Part shown: positions 28,149 to 38,278 of the stretch, piece after piece
Numbering within the stretch: the first letter of the stretch is position 1
Layout of the letters: each line of letters opens with the position of its first letter
DNA from: an uncultured Vicinamibacterales bacterium
Lineage (GTDB): Bacteria > Acidobacteriota > Vicinamibacteria > Vicinamibacterales > UBA8438
DNA: 64,000 nucleotides
Reading direction: 5' to 3'
Assembly (NCBI GenBank): GCA_958295905.1
Contig: OY282382.1
Span: 6,055,021 to 6,119,020 of the forward strand
Translations under genes and position numbers: made by a program
The notes under the pieces: model-generated
Databases searched by the model: none
What the model was told of the DNA's origin: nothing
The model's input: only the letters and a program-made list of their open reading frames with translations

Positions 28149-29758
28149 AGGTTCGGCAGCCCGAGCTTCTCGAAGTACGACCGGAAGAGCGGCTCCAGAA
28201 ACTCGTCGCTCGCCTTGACGTCGGCGCCCCACGGCGACCCCTTGCCCAACGTCTTCAGCGCCGACTCGATCTCGTCGATGGACTCGCGCATCGCCCGCCG
28301 GCGCCGGTCGACGTCGGTCTCCGTGAACAGCGGCACCGGCCCGGCCGCGGACGCCGGCCCGATGGCGTAGGCTTCCAGCGTGGCCCGCGTGCAGACGTAG
28401 TTCTCGATCTCCCGCCGCGTCCACATCAGGAACTCGACCGGAGCGACATCGGGCGGCACCGATCCGATCCGATCGAAGAGGGCGACGCCGCGAAGCTCCG
28501 GAAGCGCCTCGCGCAGGCCGTGGAAGTGGCTCCGCACGGCTTGGGGCCGGTTCCCCACGTAATGCACGAACGGCCGCTCCAACGCCCGAGACGCGCGGTC
28601 GTGCCCCAGCCGCCGGGCGAAGGCGACCAGGATCGACAGGTCCGTCGAACCCTCCAGATAGAGCACCCAGCCGGTCTGCTCGGCCTGATAGTACTGATCG
28701 AACCCGATCTCCCGCAACGCCTTCAGCACCTGGCTGCCGCGATCGTCGATGCGGTGCGGCGGGCCGACGAACACCACCACGACGTCTTGGCCCGCCGCCT
28801 CGTTCAACAGCACCTCGGAGTGGCTGGCCGCGATGATCTGACTGCCGGTCTCGCGCGCGACGCCGGTGAGCAAGCGGTAGATCTGACGCTGGCGGAGAAT
28901 CTCGAGGTGCGCGTCGGGCTCGTCGAGGAGCAGAACGGCGCCCGGATTCGCGTGCATGTACGCCAGCAGGAGCAGGGTCTGCTGCAGGCCCCGCCCCGAC
29001 GACGACAGATCGAGCCTGGCACCGTGCTCACGGTAGCTCATCGCGATCTCGCCGCGCCCGGCGACGTAGCGCGGCGGGTCCAGCGCCACGCCGAACAGAC
29101 TCCTGACGTGATCGACCAGCGCGTTCCAGGACGACGGTTCCGCTTCGTGAATCCGGAAGCAGAGGTTGCGCAACACCTCGGCGGTGCGGCCCTCTCCGAT
29201 GCGGACGTTGACGGCGCCCTGATCCAGACGCGTCTCGGTGGCGGCCAGCCCCGACATGGGCGGCAGGAAGGCGACCCGCGAGCGCGCCGCGTCGTCCGGC
29301 ACCGGCATGCGGCCCGCCGTCCCGTCCTCGGACCGGCGCAGCGGCCGGCAGTAGAACGACTCCTCGTTCGCGTAGTCGAACTCCAGCCCGCACGCCCAGC
29401 CCCGGCCGCGGGTCACCCCCTCGACGACGAGATCGATGCGGATGTTGCGGGTCCGTTGCCGGCCGTCGACCCGCCGCACGTCCCGTACGCGCAAGTCCCG
29501 CCACAGCAGGTTGGCGTCCGGGATGGGAACCGCCACGAGGTCCCGCCGGTTGACGGTCACCCCGGGCCGCTTCTCCGGCGTGCTCTTGCCGGCCCGCTTC
29601 TCGTTCCAGCGCTTGAGGCCGACGTCCCAGAGGGCCAGCGCCTGCATGGCCGACGTCTTCCCCGAGTTGTTGGGGCCGATGAAGACGACCGGGCTGCCGA
29701 GATCGATCTCGACCTCGCCGAAGCGCTTGAAGTTCCGGATGACGAGCCTGGTCAGCAT
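28025..29758 (-). CDS. ABC/AAA_21 ATPase fused to TOPRIM-like domain (OLD-like ATP-dependent nuclease)
   Basis: GPNNSGKT, LSSSGRG, LLLDEPDAHL, ASHS, LYLEGSTD, REIENY. Confidence 0.8.
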   Translation of the reverse strand: MLTRLVIRNFKRFGEVEIDLGSPVVFIGPNNSGKTSAMQALALWDVGLKRWNEKRAGKSTPEKRPGVTVNRRDLVAVPIPDANLLWRDLRVRDVRRVDGRQRTRNIRIDLVVEGVTRGRGWACGLEFDYANEESFYCRPLRRSEDGTAGRMPVPDDAARSRVAFLPPMSGLAATETRLDQGAVNVRIGEGRTAEVLRNLCFRIHEAEPSSWNALVDHVRSLFGVALDPPRYVAGRGEIAMSYREHGARLDLSSSGRGLQQTLLLLAYMHANPGAVLLLDEPDAHLEILRQRQIYRLLTGVARETGSQIIAASHSEVLLNEAAGQDVVVVFVGPPHRIDDRGSQVLKALREIGFDQYYQAEQTGWVLYLEGSTDLSILVAFARRLGHDRASRALERPFVHYVGNRPQAVRSHFHGLREALPELRGVALFDRIGSVPPDVAPVEFLMWTRREIENYVCTRATLEAYAIGPASAAGPVPLFTETDVDRRRRAMRESIDEIESALKTLGKGSPWGADVKASDEFLEPLFRSYFEKLGLPNLMAKKNFHELADCVPDSGIDPEIRGKLDAIARIADGQEELP

Positions 29759-29915
29759 CTCCCGCTAGCGCTCTCGGAACGACGCGGCGTGACGACCACG
29801 CCATTGCCGGACCCACCATCGCGGCCGCGCCTCTGGGGCGACCTGGGTGCGGCACTGCACGGCCTCCTGACCAAGGGCGGAAACCGGAGCCGTATCTCGC
29901 GGCCCAGCGGCGGCG

Positions 29916-30275
29916 TCAGGCGTACCCGCCGGCCGCAACACCGCTGAGATAGGCGTGGACGTAGTCGGCCCGCCCTTCGCGCACGAGCCGATCCGCGGTC
30001 ATGTCGTCGAAGCCGGCCAGCGGCTCCTCCCGGAACCAAGCGTAGGCCGCGAGATCGCCGGCGCCGGTCTCCACCTTCACGCGGTGGAGGATCTCCAGCA
30101 TCTGCCGCAGTCGGGTCTGCGTCTTGCGCGCCCGGATGCGCGACGCCCGCGAGAACGCGTCGCGGCCGAGCCCCAGCGTGTCGGCGATCTCCGCCCGGGT
30201 CGTGCGCAACGCGTCTGCGACGCGCGTGGGCGAGAACATCTCGTCCTCGATGAACGCCTGGAACGGCATCACCAT
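29916..30275 (-). CDS. Xre/MbcA/ParS-type antitoxin (no RES toxin partner seen)
   Basis: HTH N-terminus; AYAWFREEPLAGFDDMTADRLVREGR. Confidence 0.8.
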   Translation of the reverse strand: MVMPFQAFIEDEMFSPTRVADALRTTRAEIADTLGLGRDAFSRASRIRARKTQTRLRQMLEILHRVKVETGAGDLAAYAWFREEPLAGFDDMTADRLVREGRADYVHAYLSGVAAGGYA

Positions 30276-30288
30276 TGACTACAATTCC

Positions 30289-30306
30289 TCACACCATTTG
30301 GCGTGA
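30289..30306. promoter_or_regulatory. Imperfect palindrome, possible antitoxin operator
   Basis: TCACACCA-TT-TGGCGTGA just upstream of the antitoxin. Confidence 0.4.
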
Positions 30307-30323
30307 TTTCATCTGACTTCTCT

Positions 30324-30433
30324 CACCCGCGACCGTGCCCGCCGCGACCGGGAGTTCCTAACGACGGCGCAACTTGGTCGTCTCCCACCCGCGACCGTGC
30401 CCGCCGCGACCGGGAGTTCCTAACGACGGCGCA
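30324..30433 (+). repeat. 62-bp-period direct repeat x2
   Basis: cacccgcgaccgtgcccgccgcgaccgggagttcctaacgacggcgcaac at 30324 and 30386. Confidence 0.9.
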
Positions 30434-30450
30434 ACCCTGCTCTATCGACC

Positions 30451-30623
30451 CAGGGGCATCCCACGCTGACTGCGCGTGATGGCTCGCCCCCGATTCGAGG
30501 GGTCGCCACCGCCTTGCCGACCGGCCGGCGACGCGTGAGACCCACGATTCCGCACGTCCCGAGCCCCAGGACCCGCCACGATTCTGCCTGCGCACGGCGG
30601 TGGCGGAGCGTGGGATGGTCCTG
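30451..30623 (+). mobile_element. MITE family 1 copy B
   Basis: Same TIRs; degenerate TSD ctatcgacc/ctaccgccc. Confidence 0.88.
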
Positions 30624-30674
30624 CTACCGCCCCCCCGCGGCGGCGGCCGGCCCTGCGAGTCGTCCCGACCCACC

Positions 30675-32177
30675 CTACTGCCCGTCGGTCGTCTGGCCCG
30701 GCTGCAGGGCCGCGCGGTCGAGCTCGTTGACGTCGTCGACGATCCGCGCATAGGCGCGGGCCACCGCCTCGAGGCCGGCCTCGGGCACCCACTCGGGAAT
30801 GTCCTGGTCGGTGTGCTTGATCTCGGGCGACCGGATGATCTGGATCGACGGCAGGTCGCGGGCGACGCTGCCCATCTCGCCGGCGGCGCGGTCCTCCATG
30901 CGGTCCCACACCGCCACCCCGAAGGTACGGTAGGCGTCGAGGACGAGGTCGACGAGCCGGTCGCTGCCGTTCACCCACCACCGGCGCGGCGACGGGATGT
31001 CGGTCTTCCGCATCGCCGGGCCCCAGTACACGGTCTGCTTCACCGAGACGTGCTCGCAGTTGATCATCAGGGCGGCGTCGGCGAGCGCCGTCTCGCGGTG
31101 GTCGTGCATCCAGCGCGACCCCGGCGACCCCACGTGATGGCCGGCGGTGCCGACGAAGACGAGGTTGCGGCGGCGCTCCGACGCGGGCCGCGCCGCGAAG
31201 TGCTCGGCCAGGGCGAGCATGACCGCGATGCCGGACGCGTTGTCGAGGGCCGCCTCGAAGTAGCCGTCGAGGTGCGCGAGCACGTAGATGTCCTCGTCGG
31301 TCGTGCCCGGCAGGGTCCCGAAGATGCTGGCCGTCTTCAGGCCGTCGCGGTAGTCGACGTCGACCTGCATACCGACCCGCACCTTCTCGCCGCGGCCGAT
31401 CAGCGCCTTCACGGTGTTGCCGTCCTCGTAGCCCATGAAGGCGCCGGGGATGGTGACGCCCCGGCCGAGGCCCTGCCAGATGGTGAAGTTGTCCGAGATG
31501 CCGTAGATGACGACGACGGCGGCGGCGCCCCGGTCCTGCGCGCGCCGGATCGCGTCCTCCCAGCCCGCGCCGGCCGAGTGGCCCATCGAGCCCGGCGCAG
31601 GGATGCTGTGGATGAACACCGCCTTGCCCGTGACGTCCCGCCCGAGGAAGTCCGCGGTCGAGCCGGTGCCCACCCACACCGCCTCGAGGTCGAGCAGGCC
31701 CTCGGTGGGGTTCGAGCGCAGCGCCGGCACCAGCGAGTCGAACCGGTAGGTGCGGCCGCCCGCCTCGACGCGGATGTCGTGGCCGGCCGGGAACCACTGG
31801 GTCGGCAGGTCGAACTCCTGGTTCCGGATGTCCTCGAGCCCCAACCCGCGGAACTTCCGCTCCACGTACTCGCGCGCCATCTCCTCGCCGCGGGCGCCGG
31901 CGATGCGGCCCCAGTACTTCGTCCGGTCGTCGCGGTTGGCGAGCGAGATGGCCGCGACCTCGCGCACGACGTCCTTCATCCGCGCGCCGTCGATGGTGGC
32001 GTAGCGCTGATCGGCGTCCGAGAGCGGAAGCCGGATGTAGGCGTCCTCGCGCACGTTGCCGTCCGGGTCGAGACGGCTGGTCTGGGCCAGCCCCGTCCCC
32101 GCCGCGACCGCGGTCATCGACACCGCCGCGATCGCCGCCGCCCACCTTGTCGCTGGAGTCATGTCGTACCTCTTCAT
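30675..32177 (-). CDS. M28-family peptidase with PA-like domain
   Basis: Signal peptide; LAHLDG, ALDNASG, TAGHH, INCEH, HTDQD. Confidence 0.8.
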   Translation of the reverse strand: MKRYDMTPATRWAAAIAAVSMTAVAAGTGLAQTSRLDPDGNVREDAYIRLPLSDADQRYATIDGARMKDVVREVAAISLANRDDRTKYWGRIAGARGEEMAREYVERKFRGLGLEDIRNQEFDLPTQWFPAGHDIRVEAGGRTYRFDSLVPALRSNPTEGLLDLEAVWVGTGSTADFLGRDVTGKAVFIHSIPAPGSMGHSAGAGWEDAIRRAQDRGAAAVVVIYGISDNFTIWQGLGRGVTIPGAFMGYEDGNTVKALIGRGEKVRVGMQVDVDYRDGLKTASIFGTLPGTTDEDIYVLAHLDGYFEAALDNASGIAVMLALAEHFAARPASERRRNLVFVGTAGHHVGSPGSRWMHDHRETALADAALMINCEHVSVKQTVYWGPAMRKTDIPSPRRWWVNGSDRLVDLVLDAYRTFGVAVWDRMEDRAAGEMGSVARDLPSIQIIRSPEIKHTDQDIPEWVPEAGLEAVARAYARIVDDVNELDRAALQPGQTTDGQ

Positions 32178-32310
32178 CCGGTCCTCGGCGGCGCCTTTCG
32201 CCGCCTCGACGGGTCACGCGCATCGCCCGCATGCGCAAGGTGTAATTCGGTGCGCGGTTCTCGATGATACCCCGATGACTGAAATCGGCGACGACCTGCT
32301 GTCGAGCGTG

Positions 32311-32482
32311 CAGGAGCATCCCACGCTGACTGCGCGTGACGGCTCGCCCCCGATTCAAGGGGCGCCACCGTCTTGCCGACCGGCCGGCGCTGCGTGAGAC
32401 CCACGATTCCGCACGTCCGGAGCCCCAGGACCCGCCACGATTCCGTCTGCGCACGGCGCTGGCGGAGCGTGGGATGGTCCTG
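32311..32482 (+). mobile_element. MITE family 1 copy C
   Basis: Same TIRs; 10-bp TSD gtcgagcgtg/gtcgaacgtg. Confidence 0.9.
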
Positions 32483-32627
32483 GTCGAACGTGCCGAACCG
32501 AAGACGTCTGCCTCCCGACGCGGCGTGCCAGCCTGTTGGCGTTAGACTCGGGGAAGGCATGCGGTCTCGTTCACGAGAGCCGTCCGATGCCGGATCGGGG
32601 CGCGGGGGGGAGACCGACAGCGAATTG

Positions 32628-32888
32628 ATGCGCAAGAACGCAGCGGCGCACGCCGGCGCCGCCGGCAACATCGGCGCCGAACCCGCCGGACCGGCCGGGA
32701 ACCGCCCGCCGTCGATGCGAGCCGGTGCCGATCCGGTGGTCGAGGCGTACAAGCGCCACGTCGACCGGACCCTGCTGCGGCAGAATCTCCGGCGATCGGC
32801 GACGGAGCGGGTGGAGAACCTGATCGCCCTGCAGCGGCTTGCGGTGGAGGCGCGGCGGGCGGGGCGCGCCCGGGAGCGCGACGGGTGA
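32628..32888 (+). CDS. Small antitoxin-like partner of nucleotidyltransferase
   Basis: VDRTLLRQNLRRSATERVE; GTGA overlap with next gene; start uncertain. Confidence 0.6.
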   Translation: MRKNAAAHAGAAGNIGAEPAGPAGNRPPSMRAGADPVVEAYKRHVDRTLLRQNLRRSATERVENLIALQRLAVEARRAGRARERDG

Positions 32889-33376
32889 CCGACTTCAAGG
32901 CGGTCATCCAGGTCTTCAGCGGCTCCGGGATCGAATGCGTGATCGTCGGCGGCCTCGCGGCCACGATTCACGGGTCGGCGCGCCTCACGCAGGATGTGGA
33001 CTTCGTCTACGCGCGAACCCGCGCGAACCTCGATCGCCTCGTCGACGTCCTGCGGCCCCACGCGCCGTATCCGCGGGGTGCGCCGCCCGGCCTGCCCTTC
33101 GACTGGAGCCGCGCGACGGTCGAGCGGGGCCTCAATTTCACGCTGACGACGGCCATCGGCGACATCGACCTGCTCGGCGAGATCCCGGGCGGCGGAAACT
33201 ACGAGGCGCTTCTGCCCCGCAGCATGGAGGTCGAACTCTTCGGTTGCCGATGCCGGTGCCTGGACCTGCCGGGCCTGGTCCGGGCGAAGCGGGCGGCGGG
33301 GCGGCCGAAGGATCTCGACGCCCTCGCAGAGCTCGAGGCGCTCATCGAGGAGCGCGGCGACCCTTCGAACGAATAG
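32885..33376 (+). CDS. Nucleotidyltransferase family protein
   Basis: IVGGLAA.IHG..RLTQDVD, KRAAGRPKD. Confidence 0.8.
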   Translation: MTDFKAVIQVFSGSGIECVIVGGLAATIHGSARLTQDVDFVYARTRANLDRLVDVLRPHAPYPRGAPPGLPFDWSRATVERGLNFTLTTAIGDIDLLGEIPGGGNYEALLPRSMEVELFGCRCRCLDLPGLVRAKRAAGRPKDLDALAELEALIEERGDPSNE

Positions 33377-33388
33377 GCCGCCGCCGAT

Positions 33389-33491
33389 TCACGACGGCGC
33401 GAACGCGACCGGGGTATCGGCGGCCGCCGCCGCCACGTACCGCCCGCCGTCCGCTTCCGGACCAGTCATCGGATTGGCGTTCCCCGGCAGC
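33389..33491 (-). repeat. Diverged copy of the PQQ dehydrogenase 3' end
   Basis: GNANPMTGPEADGGRYVAAAAADTPVAFAPS* vs GNANPMTYTGGDGRQYVAVAATDTLAVFALP*. Confidence 0.8.
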
Positions 33492-33733
33492 GCGCGGGGC
33501 GCGCCGGGTCCCCAAGGGGGACAAGGTCGAAGCACAAGGGGGCAGGGTGACGGTTGGAGGACGCCAAACGAACGAGCGTCCATCGTCTCCGAGGCTGCCG
33601 GCAACCACCATCGGCCAGTGGACGCTGCGACGGAGAGGTTCGTGTTCCGCACCGCGCGCTCAGCGGGCGGCCTCGGCCTTCATCGAGCCGTCTCATCCGA
33701 TCGGAGCGCACCGTCGATCTCTCGGCCCGCCGG

Positions 33734-34132
33734 TCACGTTTCCTCGACCCCCGCCAACTGTCGCAGGACCTCTTCCAGCAATGATTCGACAAGATTCAAC
33801 GCCTCATCCCGATCGATGGATTCGGCGCCGGCGCGCACACCCTCGTACCGGAACTCGACCGCGTACGGCGTGTAGTCGACCAACCTGCGGTACGGCTCCG
33901 TCGCGGCGCCACGATCCTCCAGGAGATCCAGCAGCGCTTCCAAATTGTGGGTGAGCGGGTACGTCTCGCCCAGCAGAGCAAGCCTGGCTTTGAACGACTT
34001 CTCGGCGGCCTGCTGCACGTGGAATCCGAACACCTCGTCGGAGACTTCGCCCGCACGGCGCATGACCCGCAGCGCGCCGACGTCGCGACGGGCCGCAGCC
34101 AGCAGCACGCGCGCGCATTTAGGGTCGGTCAT
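33734..34132 (-). CDS. HEPN domain protein
   Basis: GFHVQQAAEKSFKA, THNL, YAVEFRY. Confidence 0.85.
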   Translation of the reverse strand: MTDPKCARVLLAAARRDVGALRVMRRAGEVSDEVFGFHVQQAAEKSFKARLALLGETYPLTHNLEALLDLLEDRGAATEPYRRLVDYTPYAVEFRYEGVRAGAESIDRDEALNLVESLLEEVLRQLAGVEET

Positions 34133-34454
34133 AGAGTACCTGCCCTTCCCGGAGCGCCCGCGCGAGGACGTGGTTGAGAGAGTCGCGCCAGTAGTCGACG
34201 TCCTCGTGAGAGTAGACGAGGACATCCGCCGCAACGGGGAATCCCGCCAGCGCGTGGTAGAGCCTGACCATCTCCCGGTGGCGGCTCCGCCGCGGTCCGA
34301 ACGGCTCGGCCTCGACGACGATCAGGTCGACGTCCGAGTCGTCCCGGTGGTCTCTCCGGCCCCGCGAGCCGAAGAGGATCACCTGCTCGGGATCGACCTC
34401 GTCGACGATGGCCCGCACCATCCGGTCGATGAGCGCGCGGGTGACCGCGGTCAT
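34119..34454 (-). CDS. Minimal nucleotidyltransferase (MNT)
   Basis: ILFGSRGR..DSDVDLIVV; overlaps HEPN gene. Confidence 0.87.
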   Translation of the reverse strand: MTAVTRALIDRMVRAIVDEVDPEQVILFGSRGRRDHRDDSDVDLIVVEAEPFGPRRSRHREMVRLYHALAGFPVAADVLVYSHEDVDYWRDSLNHVLARALREGQVLYDRP

Positions 34455-34485
34455 TGCTCCATCATGGCCCTGCAACAAGCAGGCT

Positions 34486-34860
34486 GCGCCGATCCGGTTC
34501 GAACCGGTTGCGCCCTGCGGCACGTCCCGTCTCCAGCCGTCAACGAGGCGCGCGAACCGCTCTCCGGCTCACGGCAGCGCGAACACCGCCAAGGTGTCGG
34601 TGGCCGCCACCGCCGCGTACTGCCGGCCGTCGCCCCCCGTAGCGGCGCCGATCCGGTTCGAACCGGTTGCGCCCGCGGTACGTCCCGTCTCCAGCCGTCA
34701 ACGAGCCGCTCTCCGGCTCACGGCAGCGCGAACACGGCCAGGAGGGTAATCCGGGGCCGTGACTACCTCGTCGGGGAGCCGCTCTCCGGCTCACGGCAGC
34801 GCGAACACCGCCAGGGTGTCGGTGGCCGCCACCGCCACGTACTGCCGGCCGTCGCCCCCC
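34486..34860 (-). repeat. Mosaic duplications of the PQQ gene 3' end and a palindromic linker
   Basis: gctctccggctcacggcagcgcgaacac x3; ccgatccggttcgaaccggttgcgccc x2. Confidence 0.9.
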
Positions 34861-36671
34861 GTATAGGTCATCGGATTGGCGTTCCCGAGCCCCGGCAGCC
34901 GCGCCTCCCACAGGCCGCGGCCGGACGCCGCCTCGAAGGCGCGCAGGCGGCCGTCGTCGGTGCCCGCCACGAACACGAGGCCGCCGGCGGTGGTGATGGC
35001 GCCGGCGCGGATGGGCCGGCCGGTGGCCTGCCGGCCGTCGGGCAACTGGTCGGTCACCCCCAGCGTCTCCTGCCACGCGACGTCGCCGGTCGCCGCGTCG
35101 ACCGCGGTCAGCCGGCCCCACGGCGGCCGGTGGCACGGCATGGTCGCGCCGCCGAGCTGCACCGCGAAGCTGGCGGGGCGCTGCGCGCCCTTGCGGTAGG
35201 GCACGGGATGCCCGGGGGGCGCGGCCTCGACGTAGCCGAGGGCGCCGAGGTCCTGGGTGACGACGAGGAGGTAGCCGGTCGCGGGGTCCACCGCCACCCC
35301 GCCCCAGTTGGCACCGCCGACCCCGCCGGGGAACGAGAGGGTGGTCCGCAGGGGGGCGCCGTCGGCGCGGTACACCCACGGGGTGAACGGACCGGCGTTG
35401 TGGATCTCGCCGAGGCTGTCGACAAGCTGCCGGCACGCCGCGGCGTGCTCGGGCGAGGTGTCCCCGCCGGTCACGAGGTCGTCCGGGTCCCACGTGAGCT
35501 TGGACAGGCCGACCGGCTTGACGGGTATCGGCTGGGTGGGCGAGGTCGCCTCGCCGGGGACGTCGCTGGCCGCCACCGGCCGCTCCTCGACCCCGTAGAC
35601 GGGCTCGCCGGTCTCCCGGTCGAGGATGTAGAGATAGCCCGACTTGGTGGTCACCCCGAGGGCGGGAATCGCCCCGCCGCCGCGCGGAACGTCGAACAGG
35701 GCGGGCGGGGCCGGCGGGTCGGCGTCCCACAGGTCGTGATGAATCGTCTGGAAGTGCCACCGGTACGCGCCGGTGGCAACGTCGACGGCGACGAGGGCGT
35801 TGCCGTACAGGTTGTCGCCGGGCCGGTCGCCGCCGTAGTCGCCGGGAATCGGGGACGCGAGGGGCAGATAGACGTGCCCGCGCTCGACGTCCATGGAGAA
35901 GTAGAACGGCCACGCGTTGGCCCCCAGCCGGCCCCGCCAACTGTCGCCGCCCCAGGTGTCGTGTCCGGGCTGGCCGGGCTGCGCGACCGAACTGAACTCC
36001 CACACCGGGGCGCCGGTGCGCGCATCGAAGGCCCGCGCGTTCCCGATGCCGCCGATGGCGCCGGCGGGGGTGTTGGCGCCGACCACCACCACGTCGCCGT
36101 GCACGAGGGGGACCGAGTTGTAGGGCACGACCAGGTCGACGGCGCCCCCCTCGCCGAAGCTCTCGACGGGGACGCCGGTGGCCGCGTCGAGCGCGCGCAG
36201 GTGCTGTCCGGTCGTGAAGAGGATGCGGGGGGCCATGCCGTCCCCGCCCGCCCACCAGGAGACCCCGCGGCGCGACGGGCGCGCACCGGCGGGGGCATGC
36301 CGCCAGATCTCGCGGCCGGTCGCCGCGTCGAGGGCGGCGACGCGGTCGGCGGCGGGGAGATACATGACCCCGCCGACGACGATCGGGGTGGCCTGCGAGT
36401 TCGGCCCGCGCGCGCCCTCGGCCTCCGCCGCGAGCGGGTAGGTCCACGCTGAGGCCAGATCGGCGACGTTGGCGGCGGTGATCCGGTCCAGGGGCGAAAA
36501 CCCGGTCCCGGCGGGGTCGCGCCGGTACATCGGCCAGTCGCCGGCGCCGGCCGCGTCGGCCGCCGGCCCGCCGCTCTCCTGCGCGGACACCCCGACCCCA
36601 CCGGCGCCGGCGAGCAGCCAGATGGAACCCGCGACGCCCAGAACGACCGCCGACCGCATGGTGCGCTTCAC
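34791..36671 (-). CDS. PQQ-dependent dehydrogenase (glucose/quinate-like beta-propeller)
   Basis: DWPMYRRD, QATPIVVGGVMY, WHFQTIHHDLWD, PPWGRL; GGAGG RBS before GTG. Confidence 0.9.
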   Translation of the reverse strand: MKRTMRSAVVLGVAGSIWLLAGAGGVGVSAQESGGPAADAAGAGDWPMYRRDPAGTGFSPLDRITAANVADLASAWTYPLAAEAEGARGPNSQATPIVVGGVMYLPAADRVAALDAATGREIWRHAPAGARPSRRGVSWWAGGDGMAPRILFTTGQHLRALDAATGVPVESFGEGGAVDLVVPYNSVPLVHGDVVVVGANTPAGAIGGIGNARAFDARTGAPVWEFSSVAQPGQPGHDTWGGDSWRGRLGANAWPFYFSMDVERGHVYLPLASPIPGDYGGDRPGDNLYGNALVAVDVATGAYRWHFQTIHHDLWDADPPAPPALFDVPRGGGAIPALGVTTKSGYLYILDRETGEPVYGVEERPVAASDVPGEATSPTQPIPVKPVGLSKLTWDPDDLVTGGDTSPEHAAACRQLVDSLGEIHNAGPFTPWVYRADGAPLRTTLSFPGGVGGANWGGVAVDPATGYLLVVTQDLGALGYVEAAPPGHPVPYRKGAQRPASFAVQLGGATMPCHRPPWGRLTAVDAATGDVAWQETLGVTDQLPDGRQATGRPIRAGAITTAGGLVFVAGTDDGRLRAFEAASGRGLWEARLPGLGNANPMTYTGGDGRQYVAVAATDTLAVFALP

Positions 36672-36781
36672 GTTGGCAACCTCCTCGTGGGCAGGCGGGA
36701 GCCGCGGCGCCGACGCCCCCGGACGGCCCCCGGCCCACGACCCCGCTTGCGACAGGACCCGCATTGTATCCTGCCGCACCG

Positions 36782-37095
36782 CAGGGGCATCCCACGCTGA
36801 CGGCGCGCGACGCCCGCCCCCGATTCGGGGGGGCGACACCGTCCTGCCGACAGGCCGGCGCCGCGTGAGGCCCACGATTCCGCACGTCCGGAGACCCGGC
36901 CAGGACCCGCCGCGATGCCGCCTGCGCACGACGGCTGACCGCGCGCGACGCCCGCCCCCGATCCGAGGGGGCGACACCGTCCTGCCGACCGGCCGGCACC
37001 GCGTGAGACCCACGATTCCGCACGTCCGGAGACCCGGCCAGGACCCGCCGCGATGCTGCCTGCGCACGGCGGCGGCGGAGCGTGGGATGGTCCCG
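36782..37095 (+). mobile_element. MITE family 1 copy D with internal tandem duplication
   Basis: Same TIRs; interior repeated twice; TSD gccgcaccg/gccgcacgg. Confidence 0.88.
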
Positions 37096-37198
37096 GCCGC
37101 ACGGTTGCCCATGCCGACAGTCGCCGTAGTACCCTGTGCACTGCATCCCGGCCCGCCCCCGCGGAGGGGGTGGCTGACCGCGAGAAACGGAGAACGCC

Positions 37199-38278
37199 AT
37201 GACCGACCCGAAGCATCCGAATCGAGACGATTACTCGCGGCGCGAGGCGCTGCGCCTGCTCGGCACCGCCGCCGGAGCCGGTCTCGCCGCCGCGGCCGGC
37301 GGGGTCCCGGTCCGGGCCCAGCAGACCTTCACCAGCGTGGTCCCGCCCGACTTCCCGGACGGCGCGATCATCCGGACCCTGCAGGGCGACGTGGCCCCGG
37401 AAGCGCTCGCCGACGGCGCGACCCTCTTCCACGAGCACGTCGGCCGGGGCGACGTCGAGCTCGCGGTGGAGGAGCTGCGGGCCTGCGCCTTCGACGGCCT
37501 CGGCTGCATCGTCGACGCGGCCACCGGCCGGCGGACGCCCGAGCAGGTGAGCCACCTGAACGCCGTCGCCGAGCAGAGCGACGTCCGAATCGTGATGGCC
37601 GGCGGCTACTTCGAGGACGTCGGCTTCGCGATCTACCCGGTGCGCGTCGCCGAGATGTCCGAGGACGCCCTCGTCGACGAGCTGGTGCAGGACGCCGCCG
37701 CCCAGCGCTGGGGCGCCTTCGGGGAGATCGCGTCGTCGCTCGAGATGCGCCCCGACGAGCGCAAGGTGCACCGCGCGGTCGCCCGCGCCCATCTGCGGAC
37801 GGGCATTCCCATCTTCACCCACACCCCCCACGAGAGCTGTCCGAGCTGCGCGATGGAGCAGCTCGACGTCATCGAGGACGCGGGCGTCGATCTCTCCCGC
37901 GTGGTCATCGGCCACATGGCCACCCTCCGGCCCGAGCACGACCCCCTCGGCACGCACCGCGAGGTGGCGCGCCGGGGCGCGTTCATCGGCCTCGACACCC
38001 TCGGGCACGAGATGGGGCGGTCGGACATCCCCGCCGCCGACAAGGTGCGGATGGTGCAGGACCTGCTCGAGGCGGGGCTGATCGACCACATCCTGCTCTC
38101 GTCCGACCAGGGCAACATCCGCCAGTTCAAGCGGTACTACGGCCACGGCTGGTCGTCGGTGCTGATGCAGTTCGTGCCCAAGCTGCGCTACGCCGGCGTC
38201 CCCGAGGAAGCGATCCGCCAGATCCTCGTCGACAACCCGCGGCGCTTCCTCGCGTTCGTTCCCGCCGCGGAGGGTTAG
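37199..38278 (+). CDS. Tat-exported phosphotriesterase-family protein
   Basis: SRREALRLL, TLFHEH, FGEI, FTHT, IGHM, LLSSD, DNPRRFL. Confidence 0.87.
   Translation: MTDPKHPNRDDYSRREALRLLGTAAGAGLAAAAGGVPVRAQQTFTSVVPPDFPDGAIIRTLQGDVAPEALADGATLFHEHVGRGDVELAVEELRACAFDGLGCIVDAATGRRTPEQVSHLNAVAEQSDVRIVMAGGYFEDVGFAIYPVRVAEMSEDALVDELVQDAAAQRWGAFGEIASSLEMRPDERKVHRAVARAHLRTGIPIFTHTPHESCPSCAMEQLDVIEDAGVDLSRVVIGHMATLRPEHDPLGTHREVARRGAFIGLDTLGHEMGRSDIPAADKVRMVQDLLEAGLIDHILLSSDQGNIRQFKRYYGHGWSSVLMQFVPKLRYAGVPEEAIRQILVDNPRRFLAFVPAAEG

Noticed and set aside
30451-32482. Composite transposon of MITE B and C carrying the M28 peptidase
   Set aside because: Each copy has its own TSD-like flanks and the outer flanks do not match, which indicates independent insertions.
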